A stretch of DNA of 64,000 nucleotides from Spirochaetia bacterium (GTDB lineage Bacteria > Spirochaetota > Spirochaetia > SZUA-6 > Bin103). Each line of letters starts with the position of its first letter. The first letter of the stretch is position 1. A program made the position numbers and the translations under genes. Positions 30,463 through 40,330 of this stretch are shown piece after piece. The stretch spans positions 864,001 through 928,000 of the forward strand of contig CBDATQ010000002.1 in assembly GCA_965199955.1 (NCBI GenBank), written 5' to 3'. The notes beneath the pieces are model-generated. The model was given only the letters and a program-made list of their open reading frames with translations. It was not told where the DNA came from and searched no databases.

Positions 30463-31293
30463 CTACACGCCGGCCGGAACGCCGAACGGGCGACCCGAGA
30501 TCACCGCCGGCATCGGCCAGACCGGGCCCTCGCGCACCGCGAACTTGTCGCCCAGCCCGCACAGCCACATGAACTGGCGGGCGGCGTCGCGCGAGCTGCG
30601 GTACTGCTCGCCGAAGCGGGGCTCCTCCAGCCAGTAGTTCGCGGTGGCGAAGTCGAAGTCCGCCTCGCGGATCCAGTCGCGCGTGGGCGGCGCGGTGCGG
30701 TGATAGGTGGCGGTGAGCATGTGGCGCATGCCGGTGGCGGTCGCGTGGGCGCGCCGGTGCCACGTGGCGTAGGCGGTGAAGTAGATGCTGCCCGCCGGCG
30801 CGGTCGATTTCCAGGTGCCGCGGATCGAGTCGTAGTGGGCCATGAAGCGGACCTGGTTGGTGACGTGATGGGAGCCGGGGACGAACTCGGTCGGCCCCAT
30901 CTCTTCCGGGCAGGCGGTCGGGTAATAGAACCACTTCAGCGTGTTGAGCTGCCCGTCGAACATCGAGCCGCCGTCGATGTGCCACTGGTTGGCCGCCACC
31001 GGGCTCGCCTCCCGGAACCAAGTGGCCCAGTTGGGGAGCGCGAAGTTGGCGCCCAGCAGCGAGCGCGCGGCGCCTGCCGCCGCCGGGTTGCACAGCACCG
31101 ACTCCACGAACCAGCCCTGCTCGGTGAAGGAGTGCATCTGGCGTCCGCCCCGGTCCCACTGCTCGTCCATGGCGGCGATCACGCGCTCGTTTACCTCGGG
31201 CGGCACGGCGCCCTCAATCATGTGGTAGCCGTTCTTGCAGAATTCGAGGACCTGCGTGTCGGTCAGCGTCGGCTCGCAATCATGGGTCTGCAT
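30463..31293 (-). CDS. Phytanoyl-CoA dioxygenase (PhyH) family 2OG-Fe(II) oxygenase
   Basis: LTDTQVLEFCKNGY, WHID, GPTEFVPGSH, WHR. Confidence 0.85.
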   Translation of the reverse strand: MQTHDCEPTLTDTQVLEFCKNGYHMIEGAVPPEVNERVIAAMDEQWDRGGRQMHSFTEQGWFVESVLCNPAAAGAARSLLGANFALPNWATWFREASPVAANQWHIDGGSMFDGQLNTLKWFYYPTACPEEMGPTEFVPGSHHVTNQVRFMAHYDSIRGTWKSTAPAGSIYFTAYATWHRRAHATATGMRHMLTATYHRTAPPTRDWIREADFDFATANYWLEEPRFGEQYRSSRDAARQFMWLCGLGDKFAVREGPVWPMPAVISGRPFGVPAGV

Positions 31294-31300
31294 GGGGCCG

Positions 31301-31308
31301 AGTATACT
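31301..31308. promoter_or_regulatory. Palindromic bidirectional -10 element (AGTATACT)
   Basis: TATACT on both strands, 6 nt from ATG 31315 (+) and 7 nt from ATG 31293 (-). Confidence 0.7.
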
Positions 31309-31314
31309 CGCCTC

Positions 31315-32828
31315 ATGGCAGTCATTTCTCACGACATGGACAACTTCAACTTGGCGGTGAACACGCACGTGGACCCGCGCCGCGCGGAGGCGGTGCCGGT
31401 CGGCGACGACCGCCAGCTCCTGGTGGACGACTTCTTCCTGGCCATGGGCCGCGGCCACGAGCAGTACCCGCGCAACATCGCCTGGACCCTGGGCAGCGTG
31501 GACAAGCACGGCGCGCCGCTGTTCGAGGGGGAGCAGCCGTGGGAGGACAGCTCGGCCTGGCTGACGGTCCTGAAGGACGGGGGGCGCTACCGCATGTGGT
31601 ACAACACCTATCATCAGGAGGCGCGCCGCGGCCTGTTCCTGAGCTACGCGGAGTCCGACGACGGCGTGGAGTTCACGCGCCGCGAGCTGGGTCTGGTCGA
31701 GGTGGCCGGCTCCACCCGCAACAACGTCGTCGCCTGAACGGCGTCTCGCCGGAGTCGGGCAACGTCTTCATCGACCCCAACGCGCTCGATGGCGAGCGCT
31801 ACAAGCTGATCTACACCGACTGGGCAGGCCCGGAGGTTCACGAGCTGCCGTTCACGCACAACGTCGGCATGCTGCGCGGCGCCGCTTCGCCCGACGGTCT
31901 CTCCTGGACCCGCTACTACGACAACTTCCTGGGCAAGTACTGCGACTCGCAGAACAGCGCGTGCTGGGACCGGACCCTGGGCCGCTACGTCGTCTATCAC
32001 CGCGCCATCGCCGAGCACGCGTCGCTGTCCGCCGGCGGCGTGCGCATCCGCGGCGAGGGGCGCGGGCGCGCGGTCGGCCGCCTGGAGTCGGTCGACTACC
32101 GCACCTGGGAGAGCACCGGGATCGCGCTGCAGGCCGACTTCCACGACACCATGGACACCGACATCTACAACAGCGCCTACGCGCGCTATCCGTACTCGCC
32201 CAACGTGCACTTCATGTTTCCGTCCTTCTACCGCCACTACGAGGGGACCTTCGAGGTGCAGGTCTGCACCAGCCGCGACAACCGAAACTGGTTCCGCGCC
32301 AACCGCGATACCTTCGTCCCGCTGGGCACGCCCGGCGAGTACGACTGCTTCATCGTCTCCGTCGCCCCCGGCTTCGTGGCCGTCGACGACGACACGCTGG
32401 CGCTCTACTACCGGTCCGGCGATGGCCCGCACGGCGGCTCCAAGCCGATCGAGCTGGGCTACCAATCCCGCAGCCGCGTGAGCCGCGTCACCTTCAAGCG
32501 CGACCGCATCATCGGCATCGAGGCAGGCTCGGAGCGGGGCCAGTTCATCACCCGGCCCCTGACGTTCACCGGGTCGCAGTTGCAGGTGAACTTGGAGACG
32601 CTGGGGCCGGAGGCGGAGCTGACCGCGCAGCTCGTGTCCGTGGAATCGGGCGAGCCGGTCGAAGGGTATGGCTTCGACGACTGCCGGCCGCTGCGCGCCG
32701 ACGCGCTCGACGGCGTGATCGGCTGGGGCGGCCGCGACCGGCTGCCGGCCGAGCTGGCGGGCCGGCCGGTGCGGCTCCACGTGCGGCTGCGCTCCGCCCG
32801 GCTGTACGCGTTCCAGTTCGCGGCCTGA
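31315..32828 (+). pseudogene. Propeller glycosidase-like protein (paralogue of 29004-30449), frameshifted near 31733
   Basis: RQLLVDD, RYRMWY, YAESDDG, GLVE..NNVV then TGA; continues in another frame as LNGVSPESGNVFIDP..RYKL..SPDGLSW..RDR..RLYAFQF. Confidence 0.75.
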
Positions 32829-32865
32829 GCGCCGGCCGGGCCGCGGAATCTGCTATCTTGCCCGC

Positions 32866-33723
32866 ATGGACCGCATAGTCGATACGCACTGCCACTTCTG
32901 GTGGCGGGAAACGAATAGCTGGCTCGACTCCGACTGGGACGTCCTCTACCAGGACTACACCCCGGTCGAGCACCAGGCCGCCTCCCGGCCGGTCGGGGTG
33001 ACCCGCTGCGTGATCGTCGAGGCCGGCGACACTGACGTCGACAACCAGACCATCATCGACTTCGCCGCCGAGTTCGACTTCGTGGGCGGGATGATCCTGC
33101 GTGCCGACCTGGACGACCCCGGCCTGGGCCGCAAGCTCGACGAGTGGCAGAAGCTGCCCAAGTTCCGCGGCATGCGCATGAACTTCGAGGCGCATCCCGA
33201 TCCCGGCATCGCCACCAAGCCGGCGGTGATCGAGGGGCTCAGGGAGCTGGCGCGGCGCGGGCTCATCCACGACTTCCTGCCGCTGGTGCGCCACCTGGAC
33301 GGCATCGCCACCGCGATCGAGCAGGTGCCCGACCTCAAGTGCATCATCGAGCACTACGGCAAGCCGGACTTCGACGGCACGCTGGAGCCGGCCTGGGAGC
33401 AGGCGATGCGCCGCATCGCGCGCGACACGAGCGCGTTCTGCAAGCTTTCCCTGTCGCCGCAGGTGACCCGCATCCAGGAGTACCTCGACAATCCCAAGCA
33501 GGGCTGGCCGATCGAGGCGATGCGCCGGTACACCGCGCTCTACCTGGAGGAGCTGGGACCCGACCGGCTGATCTGGGGCAGCGACTGGCCGGTGGCGCTG
33601 CTGACCACCGACTACGCGGGCATGCTCGCCACCCACCGCGAGCTGCTCGGCCCCCTCGACCCGGAGGTGGAGGTCAAGCTGTTCCGCACCAACGCGGAGG
33701 CGTTCTACGACGTAACCGCGTAG
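32866..33723 (+). CDS. Amidohydrolase family (L-fuconolactonase-like)
   Basis: IVDTHCHFW, EHYGKP, CKLS, IWGSDWPV, NAEAFY. Confidence 0.88.
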   Translation: MDRIVDTHCHFWWRETNSWLDSDWDVLYQDYTPVEHQAASRPVGVTRCVIVEAGDTDVDNQTIIDFAAEFDFVGGMILRADLDDPGLGRKLDEWQKLPKFRGMRMNFEAHPDPGIATKPAVIEGLRELARRGLIHDFLPLVRHLDGIATAIEQVPDLKCIIEHYGKPDFDGTLEPAWEQAMRRIARDTSAFCKLSLSPQVTRIQEYLDNPKQGWPIEAMRRYTALYLEELGPDRLIWGSDWPVALLTTDYAGMLATHRELLGPLDPEVEVKLFRTNAEAFYDVTA

Positions 33724-33829
33724 CCGAGCTCGGACGACCTACGCAGTAGCCGCTACAGCGCCATACATAACGGAGTTTCTACTGAATCCCGGATAAAATC
33801 CCGGTGGGCGGCCGCCACCGGCGTAAGGC

Positions 33830-34289
33830 TTTGCGGGTCGCACGGCACGGCACGCTGGCGCTGTTACGCGGCGTTCAATACGAAGACCGGCGAGGTGCTC
33901 GGCAAGACCGCCACGCGGCACACCTCGGAGCAGTTCGTGGCGTTTCTGCGCGAGATCGTGGCGCATCAGCCGGCCGGTCAGGAGATTCACGTGATCGCTG
34001 ACAACCTGTCGGCGCACAAGACGAAGCGAGTGCAGGAGTTTCTCAGCGACCATCCGAAGGTGCGGCTGCATTTCACGCCGACCTACTCATCGTGGCTGAA
34101 CCAGGTGGAGCTGTGGTTTGCGAAGATCTCGCGCGACGTGATCACCCGCGGAGTGTTCAGTTCGGTGGCGGATCTGAAGAGCAAGCTGATGCGATACATC
34201 CGCGAATACAACAAGAATCCGCGGGTCGTGAAGTGGCATTACGTTGATCCGTCACGACACATCCATGAATGATCGTTACAGTCCACTAG
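33830..34289 (+). mobile_element. IS630-family transposase C-terminal remnant with right end
   Basis: RHGT (frameshifted), HVIADNLSAHK, FTPTYSSWLNQVELWF; ends ttacagtccacTAG. Confidence 0.85.
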
Positions 34290-34650
34290 TTAGTCGGACG
34301 AGCGTTGGGGAGATATCGCAGCCGATCAATTGATTGCCCCAGCAGTGGAGAGTCGCGAATACCGTGGACTTCAGGCGCAGACGCTGGGCGATTGCCAGCA
34401 GGAGATCGCCTGCGCCGCAGGTTGGATCGAGAAAGGTGTGGTCGTCGTTGATTGTCAATGGAAGGTTGGCCGTGGCGGTGGTTGCGAGCGCTGCACTGGT
34501 AAAGACGGTGCCTTGGTTCTTCAATGAACTGAGCGCGCGGTCCGTCGAAGTTCTGTTGACGGCCCGCCGTTCAGACAGTCGGAAGACCAGGATTGCCAGT
34601 CGATCGATGGCATGCGCTGTGTGGCGATGTGGTGCTCAAGGCGTTGGACA
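34290..34650 (-). pseudogene. N-6 DNA methylase N-terminal fragment cut at the IS630 end
   Basis: GTVFTS, FLDPTCGAGDLL, GCDIS; reading runs into the IS end; lower GC; frameshifts upstream. Confidence 0.7.
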
Positions 34651-34682
34651 TAGGGGAGAAGTGTGTTCATCTTCCTGTCGGG

Positions 34683-36032
34683 TTATTTTTCGATCGTTGG
34701 CTTTTTGCAGCACTGCTCCTGCACCTGCCAGAGGCTGAGGCTCAGGGAGGGGGGCACCGCGACGTTGTCGAAGCTGATCATCTCGTCCTCGGCGATGTCC
34801 GACGTGGCAACCGCGCCGTGGGTGAGCGCCATCGGCACCAGGTTCTCGGCACGCGCGGCCTCGTGCCGTTCGGCCATCCCGTAGACGGTGTAGCCCCCTT
34901 CGCCGTCGAGCGTCTCCCCAGCCCGCAGCGGGCGCTTGGCGGCGGCCACCACTTCCGCAGCGCGGCAGGTGGGGGCGCCCACGTCGTCGCCCAGCACCGC
35001 CATGCGCGCCAGCCCCAGCGGCATCTCGTGTCCGACGAAGTGCTGCGGCCGGTAGATCATCGCGTAGCCCGAGCGCTTGCCGATGATCATGCCGGTGATG
35101 TCGCCGTAGGAGGCGAGCGATTCGTTGACCTCACGCGTCGGTCCGTCGATCATGGCGAACAGGCCTCCGCGGATGGAGCGCTCCACGAAGGTGTCGTCCG
35201 GATGGATCGCGCTGACCGCCTCGACCACGCCCTCCCGGTTCAGGATGCCGCCGTTCTCTTTCGAGGCGAGGACGTCCGGGATCTCGCGCAGGTCGGCGGT
35301 CGGGAAGTGCAGCCCGCGCACGTCGGGCTGCAGCCCGGTCATGTTGGCCAGCGCCACCACCTCGATCGAGTGCTTGGTGCCGTCCAGGAACGACCCGAAC
35401 ATCTGCGCGTTGTAGTCCTTGCCGGTGAAGCCGTAGACGCCCGGCACGTCATCCGGGTTCATCTTGCGGAAGCTCTGCGTGAAGCGAGTGCCCTTGCCGG
35501 CCGCTACCAGCCGGAAACCGAGAGTGCGCGCCCAGTCGCAGAGCTCGGCGGCAAGCGCCGGCTCGTCGCCGTAGGCCAGGCTGTAGATCACGCCTGCGGC
35601 TTGGGCGAGCCTGCGCAGGTGGTAGCCTACCAGCACGTCGGCCTCGACCGTTACCATGGCCAGGTGCTTGCGGGCCAGGATCGCGCGGTAGGCGTGGCGC
35701 ACTCCCGCCTCGACCAGTCCGGTCGCCTCGATGACGATGTCGACGGGGCTGTCGATCAGCGCCTGCGCATCTCCGGTGACCACCGGCGTGCCGGCGGCCA
35801 CGGCTTCCGCGACCTGATCGGCGGAGACGGCCCGCAGCGGTTCATCGTCCGCCCCCGCGCCCAGCACCGCCGCGGCCGCCTCCACGCGCAGGTCGGCGAT
35901 CACGGCCAGCCGCATGCCGGGCATGTGCCGGATCTGGCCGGCGATCTGGGAGCCGAAGGTGCCGATGCCGATGAGCCCGATCCTGACCGGCGTTCCCTGT
36001 CGTTCGCGCTCGACCATGCGCTCGTACAGCAT
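34683..36032 (-). CDS. NAD(P)-dependent oxidoreductase with C-terminal SAF domain (homoserine dehydrogenase-like)
   Basis: GLIGIGTFG, EADVLVG, GDEP, AAGKG, SFLDGTK, AKRPLRAGETLDGEGGY. Confidence 0.88.
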   Translation of the reverse strand: MLYERMVERERQGTPVRIGLIGIGTFGSQIAGQIRHMPGMRLAVIADLRVEAAAAVLGAGADDEPLRAVSADQVAEAVAAGTPVVTGDAQALIDSPVDIVIEATGLVEAGVRHAYRAILARKHLAMVTVEADVLVGYHLRRLAQAAGVIYSLAYGDEPALAAELCDWARTLGFRLVAAGKGTRFTQSFRKMNPDDVPGVYGFTGKDYNAQMFGSFLDGTKHSIEVVALANMTGLQPDVRGLHFPTADLREIPDVLASKENGGILNREGVVEAVSAIHPDDTFVERSIRGGLFAMIDGPTREVNESLASYGDITGMIIGKRSGYAMIYRPQHFVGHEMPLGLARMAVLGDDVGAPTCRAAEVVAAAKRPLRAGETLDGEGGYTVYGMAERHEAARAENLVPMALTHGAVATSDIAEDEMISFDNVAVPPSLSLSLWQVQEQCCKKPTIEK

Positions 36033-36079
36033 GCAGGCGAGGGTAGTGGCACCGCCGCGCCGCCAGCAAGCGGACCGTC

Positions 36080-37057
36080 ATGACGAGACGTCCGTTCGGC
36101 GCGCTGGGCGAGGTGAGCGTGCTCACCCTGGGCGGCGCCGGCCTGATGGGCGGCTGGGGGCACGCCCCCGACCTGGACGAGGCGGTCGCCACCATCCGCG
36201 CCGCGGTCGATGCCGGCGTCGATCACATCGACGTGGCTCCGGGCGACGGCGGCGCCGAGCGGGCGGTGGGCGCCGCGTTCGGCGGAGCGCTGCCGGCCGG
36301 GGTGCGGATCTCGACCAAGGTGCCGCTGGACCGGCCTTCTCCGGGCGCCGCGCCTGGCCTGATCGATCGCAGCCTGAACGCCAGCCTGGAGCGCCTGCGG
36401 CTGCAGCGCGTCGATCTGCTGCTCACCCACTGCTGGATTCTGCCTGACGGAGAGGAAGGTGCCGGCCGTTCGGGATTGCCGTTCCGGGACTACCTGCAGG
36501 AGGTGCGACCGGCGCTCGAGCGGCTGGTGGCGGACGGCCGCATCGGCGCCTGGGGCATCAGCGGCATCGGCGCACCCGTAACCGTGCAGCAGGCGCTGCT
36601 GGCGCGTCCCCGGCCCGCGGCCGTGCAGGCGATCGCCAACGTGCTGAGCTCGGCCGGCGAGGAGGTGCCGTTCCGCGGGCCGCCGGCCGGATCGGTGGCG
36701 ACGGCGGCCGTTGCTGCAGGCGTTCCGGTGATCGGCATCCGCGCGGTCGGCCGCGGCGCGCTGGCCGACGTGCTCGACAAGCAGGTCGACGACGACCATC
36801 CCATCGCCGTCGACTACCGGCGCGCGGCCGGTCTCCGAAGTCTGGCACGGGCGCGTGGCGTACCGGCGGCCCGGTTGGCCTACCGGTACGCCCTGTCGCT
36901 CCCGGAGGTGACAACGGTCGCGATCGGCGTCCGCAACCGCGCCGAGCTGGCCGACGCGCTCGCCGCCGAGCGCGACGGCCCACTGGACGCCGCGGAGACG
37001 CTGGTTTTGCGCGACGAGTGTCGCCACCATGGCGGCGGTGAGGTGACTTCGGAATGA
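36080..37057 (+). CDS. Aldo/keto reductase
   Basis: LTLGGAG, HIDVAP, ISTK, SLERLRLQRVDLLLTH. Confidence 0.8.
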   Translation: MTRRPFGALGEVSVLTLGGAGLMGGWGHAPDLDEAVATIRAAVDAGVDHIDVAPGDGGAERAVGAAFGGALPAGVRISTKVPLDRPSPGAAPGLIDRSLNASLERLRLQRVDLLLTHCWILPDGEEGAGRSGLPFRDYLQEVRPALERLVADGRIGAWGISGIGAPVTVQQALLARPRPAAVQAIANVLSSAGEEVPFRGPPAGSVATAAVAAGVPVIGIRAVGRGALADVLDKQVDDDHPIAVDYRRAAGLRSLARARGVPAARLAYRYALSLPEVTTVAIGVRNRAELADALAAERDGPLDAAETLVLRDECRHHGGGEVTSE

Positions 37058-38436
37058 GCAAGACGATGGTGCTGGCGGTCATCGGCGGCGGCAGCTCGCA
37101 GTGGATGATCTCGCTGATGAAGGACGTCTACCTGCTGGACGCCGTGGACGGCGGCGAGATCCGGTTGGTGGACCCGGACCGCGGAGGGACGGAGGCGGTG
37201 GCGTCCATGCTGGCCCGCTTCAACGCGGAGCGTGGCAAGGACTACCGCATCTCCGTGTGTGACGACCGGGCGGCGGCGCTCGGCGGCGCCGACTTCGTAA
37301 TGACCACCTTCAGCCCCGGCAGCATGGACGCCTTCGAATACGACCTGGAGATCCCTATTCGCTACGGCATCCGGCAGCCGGTCTCCATGACGGTGGGGCC
37401 GGCCGGCATCTCGGCCGCCCTGCGCACCGTGCCGGTCGCCGCGGAGGTCGTGAAGGACATGGAGCGGTACTGCCCGGGCGGCTGGCTTCTGAACGTCACC
37501 AACCCCATGAGCACCGTGACGCGCGCCATGAACCTGGCCGCCGACAGCGTGCACGTGGTCGGGCTCTGCCACGAGTTCCACGCATTCCCGGCGCTGGCCG
37601 CCGCCATCCTGGACCTGCAGCCGCCGGCGGAGCTCAACGTGGTCGAGCAGCTCTACGAGTGGCTGCCGGAGCAGGGGCTGCGCTACACGGTGGCCGGCAT
37701 CAACCACTTCATCTGGATCATCGAAGCCGAGCTGAACGGCCGCGACGTGTTGCCGGACATCCGCCGCTTCGCGAGCGAGCACCGCGATCTGGCGCCGGCA
37801 GGCGCTCCGTACAGCCTGAGCAACCGGCACGCCGCCAAGCTGGCGCTGTGCCGGACGTTCGGCTATCTGCCGCTTGCGGGCGACCGCCACCTGGTCGAGT
37901 TCTGGCCCCACCTGTGCAACGTGCGCAACGGCTACGCCATGCGCTACGCGGTGGAGAAGACCACGGTCGACTCGCGCCGCCACCGCCGCGAGCACAACCG
38001 CGCGCGCGTCGAGCGGATCGCGGCCGGCACGGAGCGGATGGACTGGACCCGCAGCGGCGAGGAGATGACCGAGGTCATGAACGCCATTCTCACCGGCGGC
38101 AGCACCACGGCAATCCTCAACCTGCCCAATCGGGGCCAGGTGGGGAACCTCCCGCGCGACGCCGTCGTGGAGACCCTGGCGACGGTCACCGGCGAGCAGA
38201 TCGAACCTCAGTCGTGCGGCGAGCTCCCGGGTGCCGTGGGCTCGCTCTGCCGGCTGCACGTCGACGTGCAGGAGATGACCGTGCAGGCGGCGCTGCGGGG
38301 CGACCGCGAGCTGCTGGTGGAGGCGCTGTCGCTGGACCCGCTGTGCGCCGCCGCCGACTTCGCCGAGATCGGCGAGCTGGCCGACGAGTTGCTGGCCGCC
38401 AACCGCCGCTGGCTGCCGCGTTTCTTCGAAGCATGA
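37054..38436 (+). CDS. Glycoside hydrolase family 4 (alpha-galactosidase/glucosidase-like)
   Basis: IGGGSSQW, GADFV, TVGPAG, NVTNPM, VGLCH, GINHF, DRHLVEF. Confidence 0.92.
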   Translation: MSKTMVLAVIGGGSSQWMISLMKDVYLLDAVDGGEIRLVDPDRGGTEAVASMLARFNAERGKDYRISVCDDRAAALGGADFVMTTFSPGSMDAFEYDLEIPIRYGIRQPVSMTVGPAGISAALRTVPVAAEVVKDMERYCPGGWLLNVTNPMSTVTRAMNLAADSVHVVGLCHEFHAFPALAAAILDLQPPAELNVVEQLYEWLPEQGLRYTVAGINHFIWIIEAELNGRDVLPDIRRFASEHRDLAPAGAPYSLSNRHAAKLALCRTFGYLPLAGDRHLVEFWPHLCNVRNGYAMRYAVEKTTVDSRRHRREHNRARVERIAAGTERMDWTRSGEEMTEVMNAILTGGSTTAILNLPNRGQVGNLPRDAVVETLATVTGEQIEPQSCGELPGAVGSLCRLHVDVQEMTVQAALRGDRELLVEALSLDPLCAAADFAEIGELADELLAANRRWLPRFFEA

Positions 38437-38499
38437 GCGCGCGCCGGTCTGTTGTCCGGAGAATCCGGAATGCTTACCTTGCTGCTTCAGGAGGACTCG

Positions 38500-39024
38500 A
38501 TGACGAAGAACAAGACGCTCATGCTCGCGGCGGCCGCGGCGGGGATCATGCTGGTGGCGGCCGTCTCCGGGCACGCCGATCAGATGGTGATGTCGCCGGA
38601 GTACGCGGTTCGCTGGTGGGACACGCTGACCCCCGACGAAAGGGTGGCGGCGCTGCACGGCGACATGGCCACCGAGGATCAGGCCGCGGCGGCCAAGAAG
38701 ATGCACGCGGATCTGGATTTCCCCACCACGTACTTGGTGGACGTGGCTGCGACCAAGATCAACGGCCACCTCAGCTTCGACAGTGTCGGCGCGTGGTGGG
38801 AGTCGTTGAACTGCCAGTTGATGCGGATCGCCGCGGGAGACGGCAACACGGCCGATCCCATGAGCCCCTACTGCGCCCACTACCCGGGCTCGGGCCATGA
38901 GAAGATCCTGAGCGATGACGCGTTGGCGTATGTCAACAAGGTCGGCATGGCTCTGCTTGGCCGGACCGACCCGGGCATGTACGAGGGAGCGGCCGGCTCC
39001 TCCATGTCCGGCTCCTCCATGTAA
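38500..39024 (+). CDS. Secreted hypothetical protein (WW motifs, two Cys)
   Basis: GGAGG SD, signal peptide ..VSGHA; RWWDTL and AWWESLNC..SPYC. Confidence 0.75.
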   Translation: MTKNKTLMLAAAAAGIMLVAAVSGHADQMVMSPEYAVRWWDTLTPDERVAALHGDMATEDQAAAAKKMHADLDFPTTYLVDVAATKINGHLSFDSVGAWWESLNCQLMRIAAGDGNTADPMSPYCAHYPGSGHEKILSDDALAYVNKVGMALLGRTDPGMYEGAAGSSMSGSSM

Positions 39025-39266
39025 CGCGCGCGGCGAACTGCGCGAACATGTGTCCTTGGCGCCGCCCCGGCCCAGCAGGTCGGAGGCGATGCCGGGGGCG
39101 CACTCGAACCGGAGATTGGCGCCGGCCGCGGCAGAGACGTGGTCGCTCCGCCGCAGCTTGGCTGTGGCGCGTGCGGCTCCAGGTGGAGCCGTCCGTTGGT
39201 GATCCCTCACGCGCCGATCACGCCGACGCTCAACGTCTCCCGGAACAGGTTGGTGCCCGCCGCGCC

Positions 39267-39296
39267 ACCATGTAACCGTCGACCATGTAACCGTCG
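39267..39296. repeat. Perfect 15-bp tandem duplication
   Basis: accatgtaaccgtcg x2. Confidence 0.85.
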
Positions 39297-39641
39297 ACGA
39301 GTCCTAACGACGCCCTCTGATGGGGATGGGGGGCGCCATCCGGCGGCTCGTCTCCCGAACCGCTCAGGTGGCAGCGCGCCGCCGGATCGCGTGAGTGGAC
39401 ACCGACGACTCCTTCGCGAAGCGCCAATGCAGTTTCGCGAACGGCTCTCGATCGCATATTGGAAGCGAAAGTGAGCACCTGCGTCCGAAAAACCCGTGGA
39501 TATAACTGGATATAACCTTGGGTGCTGGCCGCTGCTGCCGGCAGCTTCGCAAGTGGCAATCAAGCCAGCTCGAGTGCGAAACGAGCGATGTTGACGGACG
39601 CAAGAATGCGGTCTATTGCTGCGCGTTGAGACACGCGCTTC

Positions 39642-39876
39642 ATGGAACACACAGGGGCCTCGAAACAGCAGTCGCCAGCGGACCGCCACGGCGGCGAGCG
39701 ATCCGAGGTGATGGGAATTCGCGTATCGCGAACTGCTGAGTCCCCGCGTGCTCGCGTTCTCACTCATCACGCTCGTCTTCGTCGTCTTGACGTTCACGAT
39801 CATCGGCCCGTTGGGCAGCTACCGGAGCCTGTCGCTGTTTCAGCGCCTCGTGTACATGATCGTGCTCGCTTGGCCG
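39642..39876 (+). pseudogene. N-terminal membrane fragment of a probable LytTR-type regulator
   Basis: TM segment then IIGPLGSYRSLSLFQRLVY; frameshift near 39746; ends at the TIR element. Confidence 0.45.
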
Positions 39877-39951
39877 GGTAGTGTGTCAGTTTCCGATCCG
39901 TGGTACACGGGTCGGCCGCACCGAACCGGGGAGGTAAAGTGACACACTACC
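39877..39951. mobile_element. 75-bp MITE-like element with 16-bp terminal inverted repeats
   Basis: ggtagtgtgtcagttt vs aaagtgacacactacc (15/16 complementary); no target duplication. Confidence 0.7.
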
Positions 39952-40330
39952 GAGATCAACGCCTATGCGGCCGAGCTCGCCCGCGTGTCGGTGTGGATCG
40001 GCGAGATCCAGTGGATGCGCCGCAACGGGTTTACCGGATCGCGCGATCCGATCCTGGAGCCGCTGGAGAACATCGAGTGCCGCGACGCGATCCTGACGCC
40101 GGAGGGCGGTGAACCCGAGTGGCCGGAGGCCAACGTTGTGATCGGCAACCCCCCGTTTCTCGGCGGCAAGCTCCTGAACGAAAACCTCGGCGAGGCCTGC
40201 GTCGACAGGATGTTTGCTGCATACGACGGCCGTGTGCCTGCCGAAGCGGATCTGGGCACCTACTGATTCGTGAAGGCAGGCGAGCACATTGGCGCCCGCA
40301 AGGCGCAGCGGGCGGGACTGGTGGCGACGC
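39952..40330 (+). pseudogene. MmeI/YeeA-like type IIL restriction-modification methyltransferase internal fragment
   Basis: EINAYAAELARVSVWIGEIQW, IGNPPFLG, ADLGTY*FVKA..AGLVAT with in-frame TGA at 40264. Confidence 0.8.

Noticed and set aside
31720..31745. Programmed frameshift in the propeller or deacetylase genes
   Set aside because: No slippery heptamer at either site; mutation or sequencing error is simpler
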